A stretch of 64,000 nucleotides of DNA from Candidatus Latescibacterota bacterium (GTDB lineage Bacteria > Latescibacterota > UBA2968), in assembly GCA_965198115.1 (NCBI GenBank), contig OZ240241.1, positions 1,792,001 to 1,856,000 of the forward strand, written 5' to 3'. Position numbers and translations under genes: made by a program. Positions 31,169 to 41,342 of this stretch are shown in pieces. The notes beneath the pieces were generated by a model. The model was not told the origin of the DNA, did not search any database, and saw only the letters and a list, made by a program, of their open reading frames with translations. Numbering within the stretch: the stretch's first letter is position 1; every line of letters begins with the position of its first letter.

Positions 31169-32364
31169 TTGTCGAACGGCTCATATTCGCCGGCGGACAT
31201 GATGTGTCGACCGATCTCCTCAGCCACTCTCTTGTTTGCCTCTCTCGTGAAGTGGCAGTAGTCCACAAACACCTGCCCACTCCAGCCATGCATGCTCTCC
31301 ATTGAGCGAATTCGTTTCCCAACCGGGAGCGATTGATGGGCTCCCAGCAGGAAGCCGTTCTGGGCCGATCTCGCCATGTAACAGTTGTAAACGGCCTTCT
31401 CTACGCCGAACAGACGGGAGGTATCTCTCAAGCTGAGGTGGGGCTGAACGAGCAGCAGGTGTGGTACGCCATCCGCGTTCAGGTCCCGATCGAGTCCGCG
31501 CAGGTGCGCCAGGAGCGCGCGTTGGGACCTGACCGTATGCTCGTCTGTCGGCGGTGCCGGATTGGTCGCAACAGGCACCCTCAACCACTTCCTGTACACA
31601 TCCTCGTCCTGGCGAGAGGTTACGGGCGTCTGGATCAGACCGCTCTTTGCGTAAACATATTCACCGATCAAAAACAGCAGCGCGGAGTTGCGCATCGCTG
31701 CGCGGAATTCTCGGTAAGGGAAGCGCTTGAATCGGTGATTGGCCCAGTATTCCTCTATCACCTCTTGCGTCGTTTTGCCCTCGCCAAGGCGATCGTTCAC
31801 ACCGTCGATTGAGACGACCCAATCGGGACGCAGACGTCGGAGTTCCTTATACCGAAGGCGGGACTGTAGAGCTCTCGCGGATGAAATGGCCGCGTTGAAG
31901 ACACGGACGTTCTTTGTCGGGAAGCCTTGTCGCAAGATCGACTCGAGGTACCCATCAATGGATTCATCAATAGGGTGGGTTCCCACGCCGGTGATCTTGA
32001 GCCAGTCGCGGTTCTGACTGGACCCCATGCCTCCCACGGTCGACCCGCCCAGGAGAATGACCCAGAAATCGTCGGCGCCCTTCTCTGGCATGGTGACGTC
32101 TCCGGGAGCGACTCGAAAGCCAAGATCATTGTATTGCGACTGGAGCGTATGTTCCAGGAACCTCGGCCGGTTCGTCCAAACCGTGAAATCGCTGTCCGCC
32201 CACCGCCCATTGCCCATGACTGAGAAATGGGTGTGGTAAGGGCTGAATCGGAGGTGACAGATTATCCGCGATGCCGCCTCGCCAAGCAGAGCGAACAGGA
32301 GAAGCGGCAACAGAGACAGGATGGCACGTACCCATCGAGCGCGCTGGTTTAGGTTGAGTTTCAC
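31165..32364 (-). CDS. SGNH/GDSL-like membrane-anchored protein
   Basis: N-terminal TM helix, LLGGST, NAA, DGVND, DYCHF. Confidence 0.75.
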   Translation of the reverse strand: MKLNLNQRARWVRAILSLLPLLLFALLGEAASRIICHLRFSPYHTHFSVMGNGRWADSDFTVWTNRPRFLEHTLQSQYNDLGFRVAPGDVTMPEKGADDFWVILLGGSTVGGMGSSQNRDWLKITGVGTHPIDESIDGYLESILRQGFPTKNVRVFNAAISSARALQSRLRYKELRRLRPDWVVSIDGVNDRLGEGKTTQEVIEEYWANHRFKRFPYREFRAAMRNSALLFLIGEYVYAKSGLIQTPVTSRQDEDVYRKWLRVPVATNPAPPTDEHTVRSQRALLAHLRGLDRDLNADGVPHLLLVQPHLSLRDTSRLFGVEKAVYNCYMARSAQNGFLLGAHQSLPVGKRIRSMESMHGWSGQVFVDYCHFTREANKRVAEEIGRHIMSAGEYEPFDK

Positions 32365-33410
32365 GTGGTCACACCACCCAGAATCTCTCTTATGAAAGTG
32401 TGCCGGGGAGCGTCGCTACAGTGCCTGGATGTCCTCTCCTGAGACCTTTTCCTGAATGGTATGCAGGCGGCCTCCGCCACCGAACTGACCCAGACCAGAC
32501 GCCCGGACGCGCACAATGAGCGATCGATAAGGCCGATGGACGCTCCCAGAATGGAGTAGGTTGGAATACCCAGGAGAGCGGCTTCCCGGTTCATCGTACC
32601 TCCCGCCCCAACGACCAGGTCCGCATTCCAGATGAGATTGAGCCCATGAACGGCCCTGCGGAGAACGATGACACGTTGATCACCGCCGAATCTCTCAGAA
32701 AGGCTAAGCCCTTGATCATCTGATCGAGGGGCAATGATCACTCGAACCGGATGGACTTCCAGTGCGGCCGTCAGGGCAGCTTCAAAGAGATCCCGAGACA
32801 GCTGGCTGTGGTAATGAACGTGCGAGGCTGGGGGCCGCATAACCACAACGATCGCATCTGAAGGGATCGCCGCCCCGACGTCGGGCATGGAACCGGGCTG
32901 GTAATCCGACAGGTAGATCTCTTCTTTGTACCCTTTGTAGTAGACGATCTTTTCCGCGGTTCCGGACTGCCTCAGGACCCGCAGGGAGCGTAGCGCGGCA
33001 GGGACAATGATTCGGTCAGGCAGGCTATGAACCAGCAGTTTGGAACTGTGCTCGTAGTCATAGGCCGTAACACACCTAACCCGCGCAAGATAGCTTGCCA
33101 GAATATGGCTTCTCGAACCGTGACTGACTCCTACGTCGGGCCGCACGTTCCTCGCCCATTGCAGCAACCGCAGGGCACGGATCAAAATGGCGGCAGCCTT
33201 TCTGATCCGTCCCGATACTTCTGCCGGGCCGATCACGTCGTGATCGATGCGCCAGGTGTCGAGCAGATCCAGGATCTGGCGCGAGGATCTCGCCGTCACG
33301 CGCACTTCGTGCCCCTTATTCCGCAGGGCCGGAATCAGCGGCCGGAAGATCATCACGTGGGGCGTGTTATCGATGTCGATCCAGACGCGCAACGTGACCT
33401 CGCTGAACAC
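32361..33410 (-). CDS. DUF354 family (GT-B-like) protein
   Basis: VWIDIDNTPHV, SHGS, YDYE, GYKE, GAGGTMNREAALLG. Confidence 0.85.
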   Translation of the reverse strand: MFSEVTLRVWIDIDNTPHVMIFRPLIPALRNKGHEVRVTARSSRQILDLLDTWRIDHDVIGPAEVSGRIRKAAAILIRALRLLQWARNVRPDVGVSHGSRSHILASYLARVRCVTAYDYEHSSKLLVHSLPDRIIVPAALRSLRVLRQSGTAEKIVYYKGYKEEIYLSDYQPGSMPDVGAAIPSDAIVVVMRPPASHVHYHSQLSRDLFEAALTAALEVHPVRVIIAPRSDDQGLSLSERFGGDQRVIVLRRAVHGLNLIWNADLVVGAGGTMNREAALLGIPTYSILGASIGLIDRSLCASGRLVWVSSVAEAACIPFRKRSQERTSRHCSDAPRHTFIREILGGVTT

Positions 33411-35270
33411 CTACTTGAGAAAGGCCGCCGACCACAGCTCCAGCGCCAGAAGGACGAACAGCTGGCGCTCACGGTCGAGCCGTCCGTCCGCGTGTTCGTC
33501 GAGCAACGATGCGACGTACCTACGATCGAGATGTGTCTGCATCTTCGAGTCGGGATCGAGCAGAACCTCGCGAGTGTAGGAATACAGCGAACTCCGAAAC
33601 CACGTCCCGGCTGGCGTCCCGAATCCCTTCTTCTTACGACGGATAATCTCCCGAGGCAAGCAGGCGTGTAACGCCCGTCTCAGAATCCGCTTTCGGCTCA
33701 ACCCGGAGATCTTGAACCTGGATGGAATGGACTCGACGAAGCCGACTAGGTCAACATCGAGGAAGGGGACCCTTACTTCCAGCGAGTGGGACATCGCCAG
33801 CTTGTCGCTGTAAAGCAACAGATCGTCAGGGAGCCAGACTCGGGTGTCCACGTAGAGCATCTGAGCCACAGCATCGAGATGGCTGACCCGGTCGAGTGTA
33901 GGCTCTATGCAAACCGTTACCCGATCGACGGGACCGTGTGATCCGCCGCGAAGCCGCATCAGATCCGCCCTCGGAAACACGGAATACGACTCGACGAACC
34001 GCTCCGCGGTCGACATCACCCCGATCGTTCGTGCTGCCCGCGGGATGGTCTCAGGGGCACCCGGAACGCAGGATAGCGCGCGGAGGAGACACATCTTCAG
34101 GGGGGCCGGCATCGACCTGAAATAGTATCCCAGGCTCTCTGCAGTGTGACGAAGATACCCCCCGAACGGCTCGTCCGCGCCCTGGCCACTCAGAACGACC
34201 TTCACGTGCTCGCTCGCCAAACCCGACAGATAGAAGTAGGGTACGATTGAGGTCGTGCCCAACGGTTCTTCGAGGTGCCACATCACTCGTGGCAGGAGAT
34301 CTCGAAACTCCACGTCGGAAATACGCAGATCGTGGTGGTCCGCGTTGAAGTACCGGGCGGTTCGCGCCGCTTCGTCCAGCTCGTTTGAAGGATCGTCGTC
34401 TTGGTACCCGACGGTGAAAGTTTTGACCCGTTCGTCCGTGTGCCGAACCATTCGGGAAAGGACGGCCGCGGAATCGAGTCCCCCACTGAGCATCAGTCCG
34501 ACCGGAACGTCGCTCACCATCTGTGCGTGCACCGCCGCATCCAGCCTTTCCAGCAGATCGCTGCACGTCTGCGACACGTCCCGTCCGTGACGGATGACCG
34601 GAACGCTGCTCCAGAACGCGCGGATCGACACCGACCCGTCGCTGAAGGTCAGGTAGTGACCCGGCGGCAGCTTCTTGACGTTCTGAAGCAGGGTATCGGG
34701 TGAGGGAACGTAGCGATACGTCAGATACCGGTCGAGCGCCTGCACGTCGAGATCGCGCCCTACCCGGGTGTCTTCCAGAAGCGCCTTGATCTCCGATGCG
34801 AAGACCAGACGCCGACCGATTCGGGCATAGTAGACCGGCTTGACACCGAAGTGATCTCGGGCGACGAAGAGTCGCTTCCGGGTACTGTCCCAGATCGCGA
34901 AGGCAAAGATGCCGTTGAATCGTCGAACGCAGTCCTCGCCCAGGAGTTCATAGGCCGCCAGAACGACCTCTGTGTCCGAGCGGGTCCGGAAGACGTAGCC
35001 CTTTCCCTTCAGCTCACGTCTCAGCTCCTGGTAGTTGTAGAGCTCACCGTTGTAGGTGATCGCCGCGTTCCCCGACGCGTTCAGCATGGGTTGCTGCCCA
35101 CCCTCAAGATCGATGATGCTCAGACGTCGATGCCCGAGAACAGCCCCTTCGTCGTGATAGTGTCCCGCGCCGTCTGGACCACGGTGCCCGAGCCGGTCGC
35201 ACATCGATGCAATCAGACCTTCGTCCTCAGCATCCGGTCCATCCGCGACCCATCCTGCAATACCGCACAT
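33411..35270 (-). CDS. asnB: Asparagine synthase-like amidotransferase
   Basis: MCGIAG, HRGPD, GHRRLSIID, NGELYN, LSGGLDS, SGQGADE, EVRVPFLD. Confidence 0.95.
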   Translation of the reverse strand: MCGIAGWVADGPDAEDEGLIASMCDRLGHRGPDGAGHYHDEGAVLGHRRLSIIDLEGGQQPMLNASGNAAITYNGELYNYQELRRELKGKGYVFRTRSDTEVVLAAYELLGEDCVRRFNGIFAFAIWDSTRKRLFVARDHFGVKPVYYARIGRRLVFASEIKALLEDTRVGRDLDVQALDRYLTYRYVPSPDTLLQNVKKLPPGHYLTFSDGSVSIRAFWSSVPVIRHGRDVSQTCSDLLERLDAAVHAQMVSDVPVGLMLSGGLDSAAVLSRMVRHTDERVKTFTVGYQDDDPSNELDEAARTARYFNADHHDLRISDVEFRDLLPRVMWHLEEPLGTTSIVPYFYLSGLASEHVKVVLSGQGADEPFGGYLRHTAESLGYYFRSMPAPLKMCLLRALSCVPGAPETIPRAARTIGVMSTAERFVESYSVFPRADLMRLRGGSHGPVDRVTVCIEPTLDRVSHLDAVAQMLYVDTRVWLPDDLLLYSDKLAMSHSLEVRVPFLDVDLVGFVESIPSRFKISGLSRKRILRRALHACLPREIIRRKKKGFGTPAGTWFRSSLYSYTREVLLDPDSKMQTHLDRRYVASLLDEHADGRLDRERQLFVLLALELWSAAFLK

Positions 35271-36955
35271 CAGTCTTTGACCACGAGAAAGCTGCCCAGC
35301 GCGAGATACCGAAGACCCGATCGCCGAAGCACGTCGATCGCGTCCTCGGGTGTTTCCACGATCGGGAAGCCGTGCAGGTTGAAGGACGTGTTCAGCACAC
35401 ATCCTCGTCCGGTCGATCCGTCGAAATACTCTATTAAACGATAGTAGTCGGGGTTCCAGGCTTCGTAGACCACTTGGGGTCTGACGGTTCCATCATACGG
35501 GTGCGACGCGGCGCGCCAGGAGGTTCCCACGTTTTTCGTGTCGAGCGCCAGGATCATGTACGGACACGACACCGATTTCGGGTTGACCAGGTGACGCTCG
35601 GCGGACGCCGGCAACATCGAAGGCGCGAACGGCATCCAGAAATCACGACTCTTCACCAGCTCGTTGATCTCTTTGACCACGTCTTCGCGTCCGGGATCGG
35701 CCAGAATGGATCGATTGCCCAGGGCGCGGGCACCGAATTCCGCTCGCCCTTTGAAACGTGCGACGACCTTTCCCTGTGAAAGCAACGTCGCTACGATCTG
35801 TTCGATATCGTCCGGCTGCTCCCAGCGGAACCCGTCCGACTTGTCCAGCGCACGCTCGATGGACGCGTCCGTAAACGATGCACCCAGGTAGAGATCGCGA
35901 AACGGCGGCAGGTTGTCGATCCCTGCAGCATCGGCATAGACCTTGTACGCCGCGCCGATCGCGTTCGTCTCGTCCCCACACGACGGAAACACATACAACG
36001 ACTCGACCTCCGGGAGCTCCAGGATGGCCTTGTTGGCTTTCACGTTCATGAAGACACCACCGCTCAGCGCGACGGTATGGATCCCGGTCGCTTCCACACA
36101 TTTCCGAACCCACGAGGTCAACACCTCCTCAACGAACCGCTGAAGCCCGCCGCAGATGGCGTCGAACCGCTTGAGCTCGAGCATTTCCTTGAAGAAAGGG
36201 TAGCTGTAGTAAGTTTCCGGACAGCCCCTCCGACGTCGCCAGACCGTGTCGGTCAGCTCGAACAGATCCATGAACTGGCAATATACCAACTCCGTCTGAT
36301 CGCCTTTGGCGTAGGGCGCCATCCCCATCAGCTTGTATTCGTGCTCGAGCGGCACCATCCCGAGTAGGAACGTGATGGCCGCATAGACGTTGCCGATCGA
36401 ATCGCCCTCGCGTACCTGCGACAGCCTTTCGATCCGGCCGGCACGCCCGATGTTCACGGTCGCACAGAGTCCGTCACCGGCGCCATCGTTGGTCAGGACC
36501 AGAACATCCTCATCGTAGTTGCCCAGACCGTGATACGCCGCGGCGGCGTGCGTCAGGTGATGGTCCAGGCACACGATGCTATCGGCGGCGAAGCCAAGCC
36601 GCTGGAGCTGACCGATCCGTTCCCTCTTTCGACGATTACGGTAGAGACCGTGCAGAAAGGTGTGTCTGAGAAGTCGTCGGACGCGGGTCTTCCGTGTTCC
36701 GGAGTTGGAGTACTCTCGAAGGAGGTCATCTCTCGTACGAGGCCGTGGCATGTGGTGGCTGCTCAGCGCGACCCGGTCAACATCCTCGACGGAGCATCCG
36801 GCGGCCTCTATAATCTGCATGATTGCCGCTTCCGGCATGCCAAACCAGTTCTTCGTCCGTTGCAGACGTTCTTCCTGAACCGCGTGCGTGATGACACCGT
36901 CCTCGCAAAGACAGGCGCTCGCATTATGACCGTCGTGGACTCCGAGAACACGCAT
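35270..36955 (-). CDS. O-carbamoyltransferase (NodU/CmcH family)
   Basis: QEERL.R.K, HHLTHA, DGAGD, EYKLMGMAPY, EFGARALGNRSILA, PFAPS, LNTSFN. Confidence 0.94.
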   Translation of the reverse strand: MRVLGVHDGHNASACLCEDGVITHAVQEERLQRTKNWFGMPEAAIMQIIEAAGCSVEDVDRVALSSHHMPRPRTRDDLLREYSNSGTRKTRVRRLLRHTFLHGLYRNRRKRERIGQLQRLGFAADSIVCLDHHLTHAAAAYHGLGNYDEDVLVLTNDGAGDGLCATVNIGRAGRIERLSQVREGDSIGNVYAAITFLLGMVPLEHEYKLMGMAPYAKGDQTELVYCQFMDLFELTDTVWRRRRGCPETYYSYPFFKEMLELKRFDAICGGLQRFVEEVLTSWVRKCVEATGIHTVALSGGVFMNVKANKAILELPEVESLYVFPSCGDETNAIGAAYKVYADAAGIDNLPPFRDLYLGASFTDASIERALDKSDGFRWEQPDDIEQIVATLLSQGKVVARFKGRAEFGARALGNRSILADPGREDVVKEINELVKSRDFWMPFAPSMLPASAERHLVNPKSVSCPYMILALDTKNVGTSWRAASHPYDGTVRPQVVYEAWNPDYYRLIEYFDGSTGRGCVLNTSFNLHGFPIVETPEDAIDVLRRSGLRYLALGSFLVVKD

Positions 36956-36961
36956 GCCGAG

Positions 36962-38875
36962 TCAGCCCGGAAGGTTTCTGAGGGCGCGTTCGTGCTGTCG
37001 ACACCAGAACTCCAACACAAGCATCTGCCAGATCTGCTGGCTGAAGTTTCTCCCGCCTCGTTGATGACGCTCGACGACTCGACGCCGAGATCCTCGATCA
37101 AGGATCCGGTCGCTAGCCACGTGGCCATCGAACAGTTCACGTTCCACGAACGTCGACAGCTCGTTCCGGAACCAAAGCTCGATCGGGATCCCGAATCCCA
37201 TCTTGGGTCGATCGACCACTGAGGACGGAACCAGCTTTCGCGCGATCTTCTTCAGAAGATACTTGGGGGTGGAGGTTCGGGTGCGCAGCGTCGTCGGCAG
37301 ACTGAAAGCGTATTCTACGAGCACGTGATCCAGAAGCGGAACGCGGACTTCGAGAGAGGCCAGCATACTGGCCCGATCGACCTTGGTCAGGATGTCGTCG
37401 ACCAGGTAGTAGTGGAGGTCCTGGTAGGTCACCCGGTCGATCGGGGACGCCGGATCGGGCAATTCCCCGAACGTGGGGCGATACCGGTCGCCAGGGGGTG
37501 GTCGGCAGGCCTCGGAGCAGTCATCGAAAAACCGCTCGAACCCTTGTGCATAAAGGTGCCCACGTTCCCACGACGGAAACATCGATGCGAGTTCGACGGA
37601 TCGCCGGGCCACATCGAACTGCATCAGACTCAGGCGCTTGTGGAGACGATTGTGCTCAGGGACAAGACGCGCCGCCATAGACCACAGACCGGACGGGACC
37701 CAATCGTAGCGGGTCGACTTCTCCAGCAATCCATAGCCTATGTATCCGGCGAAGAGTTCGTCCCCCCCGTCGCCCGACAGGCAGACCTTGACGTCGTTCC
37801 GGGCGTATTGCGACACGAGAAACGTCGGGATCGCAGACGAGTCGCCGAAGGGTTCGTCGTACTGACCCACCAGGCGTGGAAGGAGTTCTGTCGCATCGGG
37901 CGCAACAATCTCCTCGTGGTGGTCCGATCCGATATGTTTGGCGACACACCGGGCCTGGTCCGCCTCCGAATAGCTCGCCTCCTCGAAGCCGATCGAAAAG
38001 GTACTTACGGGCCCGGACTGGGCGGCAGTCGCAGCGACCAAGGAGGAATCGACGCCCCCGGACAGGAAGACACCCAGCGGAACGTCGCTCGCCAGACGCA
38101 GCTCGACGGATTCCGATATCAGCGACTGCAGGCGTTCAAGAGCGTCAGCCTCCGTGATCGTCGCGTCCTGCCTGACTGGAAGGTGCCAGTATCGACGTTC
38201 CTCCACGTCCACCTTGCCGTCCTCACCGATCTTTATTCTTAGAAGATGACCAGGTCTCACCTTGCGGACACCCTTGTAAGCCGTATATGGCGCGGGGATG
38301 TACTGGAACGCCAGGAAGTCGTCGATCGACTGCGGATCGAGGACAGGGTCGACAGCTTCGTCTTCAGCGAGAGACTTAAGTTCCGATGCGAAACGGAACC
38401 GCTTCCCGTCCTCCGCCAGCCAGTAATAGAGCGGCTTGATACCGATGCGATCCCGGACCAGCCACAGCGTGCGCGTCGAACCGTCGAACCAGCCGAAGGC
38501 GTACATGCCCCGAAGACGAGAGACTGCCTCGATCCCCCACCGGGAGAGCGCAGCCAGCAGCACGGTGGTATCCGACGTACCAACGAACTCTGCATCTTCG
38601 GAAACCAGCTCCGACCGTAAGAGCTTGTAGTTGTAGACCTCGCCGTTGAACGTCAACCACTGACGACCGTCCCGTGTGCCCATGGGCTGGTGGCCTGCCC
38701 TCGTCAGGTCGATGATCGTCAACCGGCGATGACCAAGCCATACCGTACGGTCGTCGGACTCCCACAGACCGGCGTCGTCCGGCCCGCGATGGGCCATCAG
38801 GTCCCGCAGTCGAATTTTCTCCGATCGCGAGGCCGGCGATGAGGCTGGATCAATGCCTCCAATGATGCCGCACAC
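36962..38875 (-). CDS. asnB: Second asparagine synthase-like amidotransferase
   Basis: GTG start (M)CGIIG, HRGPD, NGEVYN, LSGGVDS, SGDGGDE, KVDRASM. Confidence 0.95.
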   Translation of the reverse strand: MCGIIGGIDPASSPASRSEKIRLRDLMAHRGPDDAGLWESDDRTVWLGHRRLTIIDLTRAGHQPMGTRDGRQWLTFNGEVYNYKLLRSELVSEDAEFVGTSDTTVLLAALSRWGIEAVSRLRGMYAFGWFDGSTRTLWLVRDRIGIKPLYYWLAEDGKRFRFASELKSLAEDEAVDPVLDPQSIDDFLAFQYIPAPYTAYKGVRKVRPGHLLRIKIGEDGKVDVEERRYWHLPVRQDATITEADALERLQSLISESVELRLASDVPLGVFLSGGVDSSLVAATAAQSGPVSTFSIGFEEASYSEADQARCVAKHIGSDHHEEIVAPDATELLPRLVGQYDEPFGDSSAIPTFLVSQYARNDVKVCLSGDGGDELFAGYIGYGLLEKSTRYDWVPSGLWSMAARLVPEHNRLHKRLSLMQFDVARRSVELASMFPSWERGHLYAQGFERFFDDCSEACRPPPGDRYRPTFGELPDPASPIDRVTYQDLHYYLVDDILTKVDRASMLASLEVRVPLLDHVLVEYAFSLPTTLRTRTSTPKYLLKKIARKLVPSSVVDRPKMGFGIPIELWFRNELSTFVERELFDGHVASDRILDRGSRRRVVERHQRGGRNFSQQIWQMLVLEFWCRQHERALRNLPG

Positions 38876-38886
38876 GCTGTTCCCCC

Positions 38887-40428
38887 CTAGAGTGAAACGC
38901 CGCGTTCTCTGAGAATCCGTGTGCAGATTCCGGCCGTGAGCCAGAACGCGCCAATGAACGTGGGGCGCTCGAAGATGGTGTCCACCGCGCCCACGACCAG
39001 AACCGTCGGCACCAGAACCGCACACACGATCACCATCGATCGATCGAGCCCATGAAGATGCGTGCTCTCCAAAGCCCGAATGCAGGACAGGAAGATCCGC
39101 AGAAGAACCGCAGCAAAGAGGGCCGAGCCCAAGACGCCCGTCTCAACAAGAAGGCTTATGAGACTTGAGAACGGGGAGGCAAGCGTCGCGCTGGCCCACC
39201 TCAGGGTGGTGACGAATTTTTCGGCGTAGAGATCGACGAAGAACCTTCTGGCCGGTTCTGAAGTCATCGCCGGCACTGAGCTTCCCAGCCTGACCCTGTC
39301 CTTGTAGAGCGTGTCGTACGCTCTGCTGTTTGCCGCGCGCGTACCAACCGTCCCGGGACCTGTACCCGTGAGCAGACTACCGTATGCGTAGGGGATGTCC
39401 TCGAGGGCCCTCTGTAGAAACAGGAATTTATGGTTCAACCCCTCCCTGGATATCCAGATCTCGAAGTAGCTCTGACCGTAGCGTAGAGAGCCGGCCCAAA
39501 TCGTGGCTAGCCCCAACACCAGCGCGAACAGGCCCCCGATGCGGGGAACTCGATTTCCCAAGAGGGCCAACATACCGCGCCGGCCAAGCGCTGCACAGAG
39601 AGTCCCGAGGCAACCTATGGCGGCGGCGACGACGACGGCTTTGCTGCCCGTCACAAAGATCCCCAAAATCATCGCCCCCGACAGCAGTCGAGGAATCCGT
39701 GCACGGCGTATTCTCTTCGTCCCCAGATTGAGCACCGAGGGAAGAAGAGCGGCAATAAACAGAAGGCAGAGACCGTTCTGGTAACTCGTGGAGCCCACCA
39801 CGAAGTCTCCACCGGGGTAGATCAACAATCCCGCTTGCAGACCTCCGATCGATCGGTCCAAACCCGGCAGACTCTGGACTATGACAATCAGCAACTGAAA
39901 GGTTGCTATCTTCACGGCGAACTTCGCGACCGTCTCGCGAGCCCCTGGTCCGAACGGGCCGCCGGCAGGAAGAAAAAACAGCGAGCAGCTGCTGAAGAAT
40001 GTCAGGCAGAAGAAGGGAAACGCCAGGAAGTTGTGCTCGATGGTGAACTGGCTGACAAGCGAAGAAACGGCGCAGGCCAGGCAAAAGCCGACGAGCAGGC
40101 GTTGCGCGGAAGACGTCTTGATCGGACGGACAGCCGCCCACGCGGCCAGCCACGCCCCGATGAGTGAGAACACCACGAAGGCCACCTCTTCGTCGGGAAG
40201 CAGCATCACCGCAACCGCCAGGATCGCCAGTTCTTCCGTCCTTGACCGTACGAAGGTCACCACGCCGACGACAGCCACCGCGCCATAGGCCACGGCCGGT
40301 GGAACATCCAGAAGCGCGACCCCGACATAGAGGAGACCCCAAAGGATTGGGGACATCCAGAAGGGTAGCCGACGCGCCTCCGAGGAGGGAATGGCGGCCT
40401 CCTCCGCAACGCTAACTGCCGAAGACAT
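38887..40428 (-). CDS. Multi-pass membrane protein, Wzy/O-antigen polymerase-like
   Basis: More than 10 TM segments, LTGTGPG and LVETGVLG motifs, operon context. Confidence 0.65.
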   Translation of the reverse strand: MSSAVSVAEEAAIPSSEARRLPFWMSPILWGLLYVGVALLDVPPAVAYGAVAVVGVVTFVRSRTEELAILAVAVMLLPDEEVAFVVFSLIGAWLAAWAAVRPIKTSSAQRLLVGFCLACAVSSLVSQFTIEHNFLAFPFFCLTFFSSCSLFFLPAGGPFGPGARETVAKFAVKIATFQLLIVIVQSLPGLDRSIGGLQAGLLIYPGGDFVVGSTSYQNGLCLLFIAALLPSVLNLGTKRIRRARIPRLLSGAMILGIFVTGSKAVVVAAAIGCLGTLCAALGRRGMLALLGNRVPRIGGLFALVLGLATIWAGSLRYGQSYFEIWISREGLNHKFLFLQRALEDIPYAYGSLLTGTGPGTVGTRAANSRAYDTLYKDRVRLGSSVPAMTSEPARRFFVDLYAEKFVTTLRWASATLASPFSSLISLLVETGVLGSALFAAVLLRIFLSCIRALESTHLHGLDRSMVIVCAVLVPTVLVVGAVDTIFERPTFIGAFWLTAGICTRILRERGVSL

Positions 40429-41338
40429 AAATCTCGGAAACCGGAATGTGGGTGGCGCCTGACTTCTTGCGGAGCTTGACGTGGACCGAGAGGACGCCTG
40501 AGGCAGACCCCTTCACCGCACAGAGGAACACCCCTGAGTGCGTTCGTCCCCAGGGCTGCTGGCCGCTCCCGAACGGTACTGATTCGCCATCCGCGGTAAC
40601 GACATCGACCACAGCTTCGTCCACGGTGTAGTTGGGGTAGGGGCTGGGTACAGCAAGTATCACCTTATTGACCGACGTGGGAGCGGTTAGATGAAGGATG
40701 ATCCTCTTTTCGTCCTCGCCCCAGTCTCCCGACCAATAGACCGACTCCACATACGGATTCCCCGACCCGGTGAGCAGCCCATCGGTCAGTTCGGAGTAGA
40801 CCGTGCCCGTCGCCCCTGGGAAAAGAGCGGGTTCGCCGTCGGGGAACGCGATTGATGCAATCGTGGATGCATCCCGCGGCCCCTCGTAGTCAGGGTTCGC
40901 GCTGACCGAATGCTGCCCCAGATGGACCATCGGAAGCGATTCCAGGGGGTAGCCATCAGGGGACCCGACGCGCTTCCCATCTACCGTGAAGGTCGCCGTC
41001 GTGCCGTGGTCCCAGATGGGAAGGGCTCCGCTTTTGGGCTGCGGCAGGAACGGAAAACGGAAGTTCACGGGGTAAACGCCTCCGATCCGCAGGCCCTGAC
41101 TGTCTGCCCTGCGATGGTGCGCAGTTCGGAACCCATCAACATCTACCCCCAGTGTGAGAGGCGTGTTGCCGACCCGGTCGTTGACCCGCACGTGGGCGAC
41201 CACCTCGAGGGTGTCGCCGTAGGCAGCGGGGGCGAGATTCAGCTCGGCTCGGTCGAGGGTGAGACCCCGCACGGGCGTGCCGTCTTCAGCCACGGCAACG
41301 CTCCCAAGGAGGCAAACAAACAGGACGAGCAGGGTCAT
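40412..41338 (-). CDS. Hypothetical secreted protein
   Basis: Signal peptide MTLLVLFVCLLGSVAVA; beta-rich C-terminus ending VSEIYVFG. Confidence 0.6.
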   Translation of the reverse strand: MTLLVLFVCLLGSVAVAEDGTPVRGLTLDRAELNLAPAAYGDTLEVVAHVRVNDRVGNTPLTLGVDVDGFRTAHHRRADSQGLRIGGVYPVNFRFPFLPQPKSGALPIWDHGTTATFTVDGKRVGSPDGYPLESLPMVHLGQHSVSANPDYEGPRDASTIASIAFPDGEPALFPGATGTVYSELTDGLLTGSGNPYVESVYWSGDWGEDEKRIILHLTAPTSVNKVILAVPSPYPNYTVDEAVVDVVTADGESVPFGSGQQPWGRTHSGVFLCAVKGSASGVLSVHVKLRKKSGATHIPVSEIYVFGS

Positions 41339-41342
41339 CGAT

